In this document: positions 61,241 to 64,000 of the stretch, in pieces
How the letters are laid out: each line of letters begins with the position of its first letter
Position numbering within the stretch: the stretch's first letter is position 1
From: Lama glama
Taxonomy: Eukaryota
Assembly (NCBI GenBank): GCA_028534125.1
Contig: CM052830.1
Coordinates: forward strand, 20,026,001 to 20,090,000
DNA length: 64,000 nucleotides
Direction of reading: 5' to 3'
Position numbers and translations under genes: made by a program
Notes under the pieces: generated by a model
Seen by the model: the letters and a program-made list of their open reading frames with translations, nothing else
The model's database searches: none
What the model was told of the DNA's origin: nothing

Positions 61241-63359
61241 GACGGGTGGATCAGGAAGACCAGATTGCCCCTTTTCCAGTCTGATGAGAGTGGCTCTCAC
61301 AGCCCTCTACCAAATGGTTGATTCCATAGAACTGGTCACAGCACAAACTTTTGCCTGAGTACAGGTGAGCTTCACTAAGGAATCAGAGGGGAAAGGAATG
61401 TCTAGCCTAGTTTATACCTGCTCTAGGAGAACCTGCCCAGCTAGCTCCTTGGCTCTTGGAAGGTTACCCAACGTAGGCAATGGTCAAGGTGATGGAGGGG
61501 GAAAAGTAGTCACATCCAAGGTCCATCGCCTTCCTTTTTTCCCACCTGATGGGCAATCGGGCATTCAGAGCACTGCTGGGGCTGCAGGGTGCGGAACACA
61601 GGGGGATGTGCCCTGTGAGATCCAGGAGGCAGAGATGTTCCTATCTCCCCCACCTGAATACAGGCCACTCACTTCTCTGGACCACTGAGGAAGACCCCTT
61701 CTGAAATGCTAACGTTTTCTGAAAGGGTCAGGGGTCACTATCCCCAGGGGTCAGGCAGGTAACCAGAAACAGACCTGCTGAGGAAGGGCCAGGGGAGTGC
61801 AGGCTTTGCCTAAAAGCCCCAACTACCCAGTGTGACCCTTCTGATTTTGAAAAATCTTGAAAGAGAAGCCAAAAGCCAGACTTCTCTCAGAAACTGCCCA
61901 TTTTTAAAATGTTGGCCACTAATTCAATTTCTTAAGTACCCTATGGGCCAAACTTGCCATCCCTGGCTTATGCCATTAGATGCTCCCATTGAGCAAGGCC
62001 CCAGTGGAGACAGCAGTGTGATCCAGCAGTTCACAGTTCACAGAGCCCCTGCCCATCTCCCCTATCTGAGCTTTGGGGGATCATGGTCCCTTTTTTACAG
62101 CTGTAGAAACTGAGGCTCAGAGCGGGCAGAATCTTTGGTAAGCCTGGGCCCTGACCCCATCCCAGGCTTCCTCCTGCTGTCCCAAGTCAGTGACCTCTTG
62201 TTGCAGCCCATGGAACATAGGCAGGCCTTGCTATGGGAGGAGACCCCCGCTCCAACAAGATCGAACTGGCCTGAGCACAGATGAGGACACCAGGTGCTCT
62301 GAGGTGCAAGACCCAGGAACCTGGGGCAAAGGAGGCATAAATTTTATTCCACCCCTTCCCCCTTAGTGGGCCCTTTTGATTGAGGTGCAGGAGTGGGGTC
62401 CCAGGGCCCAGAAGAGGTGAAACTGAGTGGCAAGAGGGCTGCCAGGGGCCCTGGTAGTGGGAAAGAAGGATGGATTGGATCAGATTTTCTCCATTTGGAG
62501 GGATGTTCGCTCCACTAGGTGCTAGTCTCATCAATATTTTCCATCAAGAACTTGTTACACTCAATAGGATAGGGACTGGATGGGGATAGGGTTCAGGGAC
62601 CAGGCCTACAGGGACCTAGAAGCCAGGCTTCTCATGGGGAGGCCAGAGGGAGGTGATAAAATCCACAGATCCAAGACAAGAAGGCATCAATGTCCTTTCT
62701 CAGCTTTTTACACACATGCACACGTGTGCCCAAGACTTGTTCATGGAAACATCAGCAGATGCACACATACATGTATACGGGCAGATATTCATGCATGCAT
62801 TCTCACGCATACCTCCAAAGCCTTTGCTTACACCATGCTCCCCACCTGGGACGTGTTCCCCTTCTCTCTGAATCCTCTCCAATCGTTTCTTTGGCCGCTT
62901 CCATCCCTAGTCTCTGGAGCCAGAGAAGTGTGTCTGGACCATGACTCAGGCTTGAGGGTAATGAGCCTTGGGTGTGTGTGAGAGAGAGAAAGGAAAAGGG
63001 TCCTAGGGCAGAGTGGAGCTCAAGGACAAGGACAGTCCCGGAGCTGGCAGAGGGGCAGAGAGGTGTCCCAACGCTGCCAGCTTGGGAATGCCGAGGCTGC
63101 CAGCAGGGCACTGAGAAAGGCCTGTTGTTCACTGTCTGGAGAAAAGGGCACCGAGGCTGGGCCTAAAAATCTTCCTCCGGGGCCCCTTGCTGGAAGTCCT
63201 CCAGGATTACCACGGGCTGGGTGCTCCCTCCTTCCTCTGAGCTCCAATAGCCTTGATGGTGGGCAGAACCCATTGGACACTGAGCTCAGGAAATCTTAAA
63301 TCTATCTTCCCGGAGCATCCAACCTCTGGTTCAGCTCCAGATCCAAGTTTGTACTTTTA

Positions 63360-63550
63360 AAACGCAAGCCCTTTGGCGGTAGGGAGGTAGCCTTCAGCAC
63401 CTAGCAACAGAGAAACCAGGCCGAGTGTGATTGGTCAGTTCCAGCACAAGAGAGAAGGTGTGAGCTGATTGGCTGGCGATGCTTATAAAAGCAAGACGCC
63501 AGCGACCACGAAGCAGCAAGTTCCCGCAAAGCGGGTTGGTGGGGCTTGTA
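63360..63550 (+). promoter_or_regulatory. Candidate Pol II core promoter: RFX half-site, two inverted CCAAT boxes, TATA box
   Basis: CCTAGCAAC 63400-63408; ATTGG 63430-63434 and 63468-63472 (CTGATTGGCT); TATAAAAG 63484-63491; TTCCCGC 63521-63527; locally retained CpGs. Confidence 0.5.
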
Positions 63551-63889
63551 AGAAAGAGGGCAGCCCGCACCTCAGAATTCCCCCCCCACTCCCAATATCC
63601 CTCTATCCTCAGGGGCTATCAAGGCAGCAGTGACTTATGTCTGAAGTAGCTTTGGCCAGTCCAGTGTGATGAGAGGGCTGCACAATAAGGGTCCCCTTCC
63701 CAAGGCTGTGGGTTGTCCTTTCCTGCAGCAGACAAGAGCTGTTTTTGTACTGCATGCAAATGTGGCTGCATGCTCTCCTAACTGTATGTGTGTGTGCTAC
63801 ATGAACCAGTCATGTGCCCTGGTCCTAAACAGGCTGACCTCAAATCTGACTCATTCGCACAGGAACAAGGACCCCGGGGAGTCACGTTC

Positions 63890-64000
63890 CAGCCCTGCCA
63901 CATATCATCTGTGTGACCTTGGTGAGCTACTTAACCTCTCTGTACCTCTGAGTCTTCATCTGTACAATGGGGATAATAATTTCATCTTCCTCATAGGTAA
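63890..64000 (+). mobile_element. MIR SINE, cut by the window end
   Basis: ctgtgtgaccttggtgagctacttaacctctctgtacctctgagtcttcatctgtacaatggggataataat. Confidence 0.9.

Noticed and set aside
63637-63669. ATG-TCT-GAA... (MSEVALASPV) after the CCAAT/TATA promoter as a histone H1-like start
   Set aside because: Stops after 10 codons, with no Lys/Ala-rich continuation or histone stem-loop.
1-64000. CRISPR arrays, operons, defence systems, rRNA/tRNA genes
   Set aside because: The sequence is mammalian non-coding DNA; I saw no spaced repeat arrays, gene-dense blocks or RNA-gene signatures.

Overview
This is GC-rich eutherian (placental mammal) genomic DNA from a draft assembly with three N-gaps. I recognise no protein-coding exon: the six-frame ORFs look like stop-poor noise from GC-rich sequence, repeats or gaps. 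The main landmark is a CpG island at ~52.1-53.8 kb that runs into a 500-N gap. It contains a minus-strand exon ending in a strong donor (ACG|GTGAGT at 52728/52727), with a (TG)n(CG)10(TG)n tract just upstream. The simplest reading is that most of 1-52.7 kb is 5' intronic sequence of a large minus-strand gene with a mostly untranslated leader, and 54-64 kb is its upstream region. I cannot name the gene from sequence alone. The window is filled with ancient repeats (MIR, L2, L3/CR1, L1ME, a long HAL1, MLT1B/MLT1C LTRs, hAT-Charlie/MER elements), and I saw no young lineage-specific SINE. About a dozen repeat-free, AT-richer, motif-dense blocks look like conserved enhancers. The best leads are: a near-perfect Kozak context in front of a non-AUG (AUC) codon in the first exon; an orphan RFX/CCAAT/CCAAT/TATA promoter at ~63.4-63.5 kb; a candidate minus-strand exon at 4762-5000; an unexplained 34-bp inverted repeat plus hairpin at 1722-2051; and recurring CG/TG Z-DNA tracts. 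I found no CRISPR array, RNA gene or prokaryote-type system. Repeat subfamily calls are by-eye recollection of consensus sequences and all boundaries are approximate.
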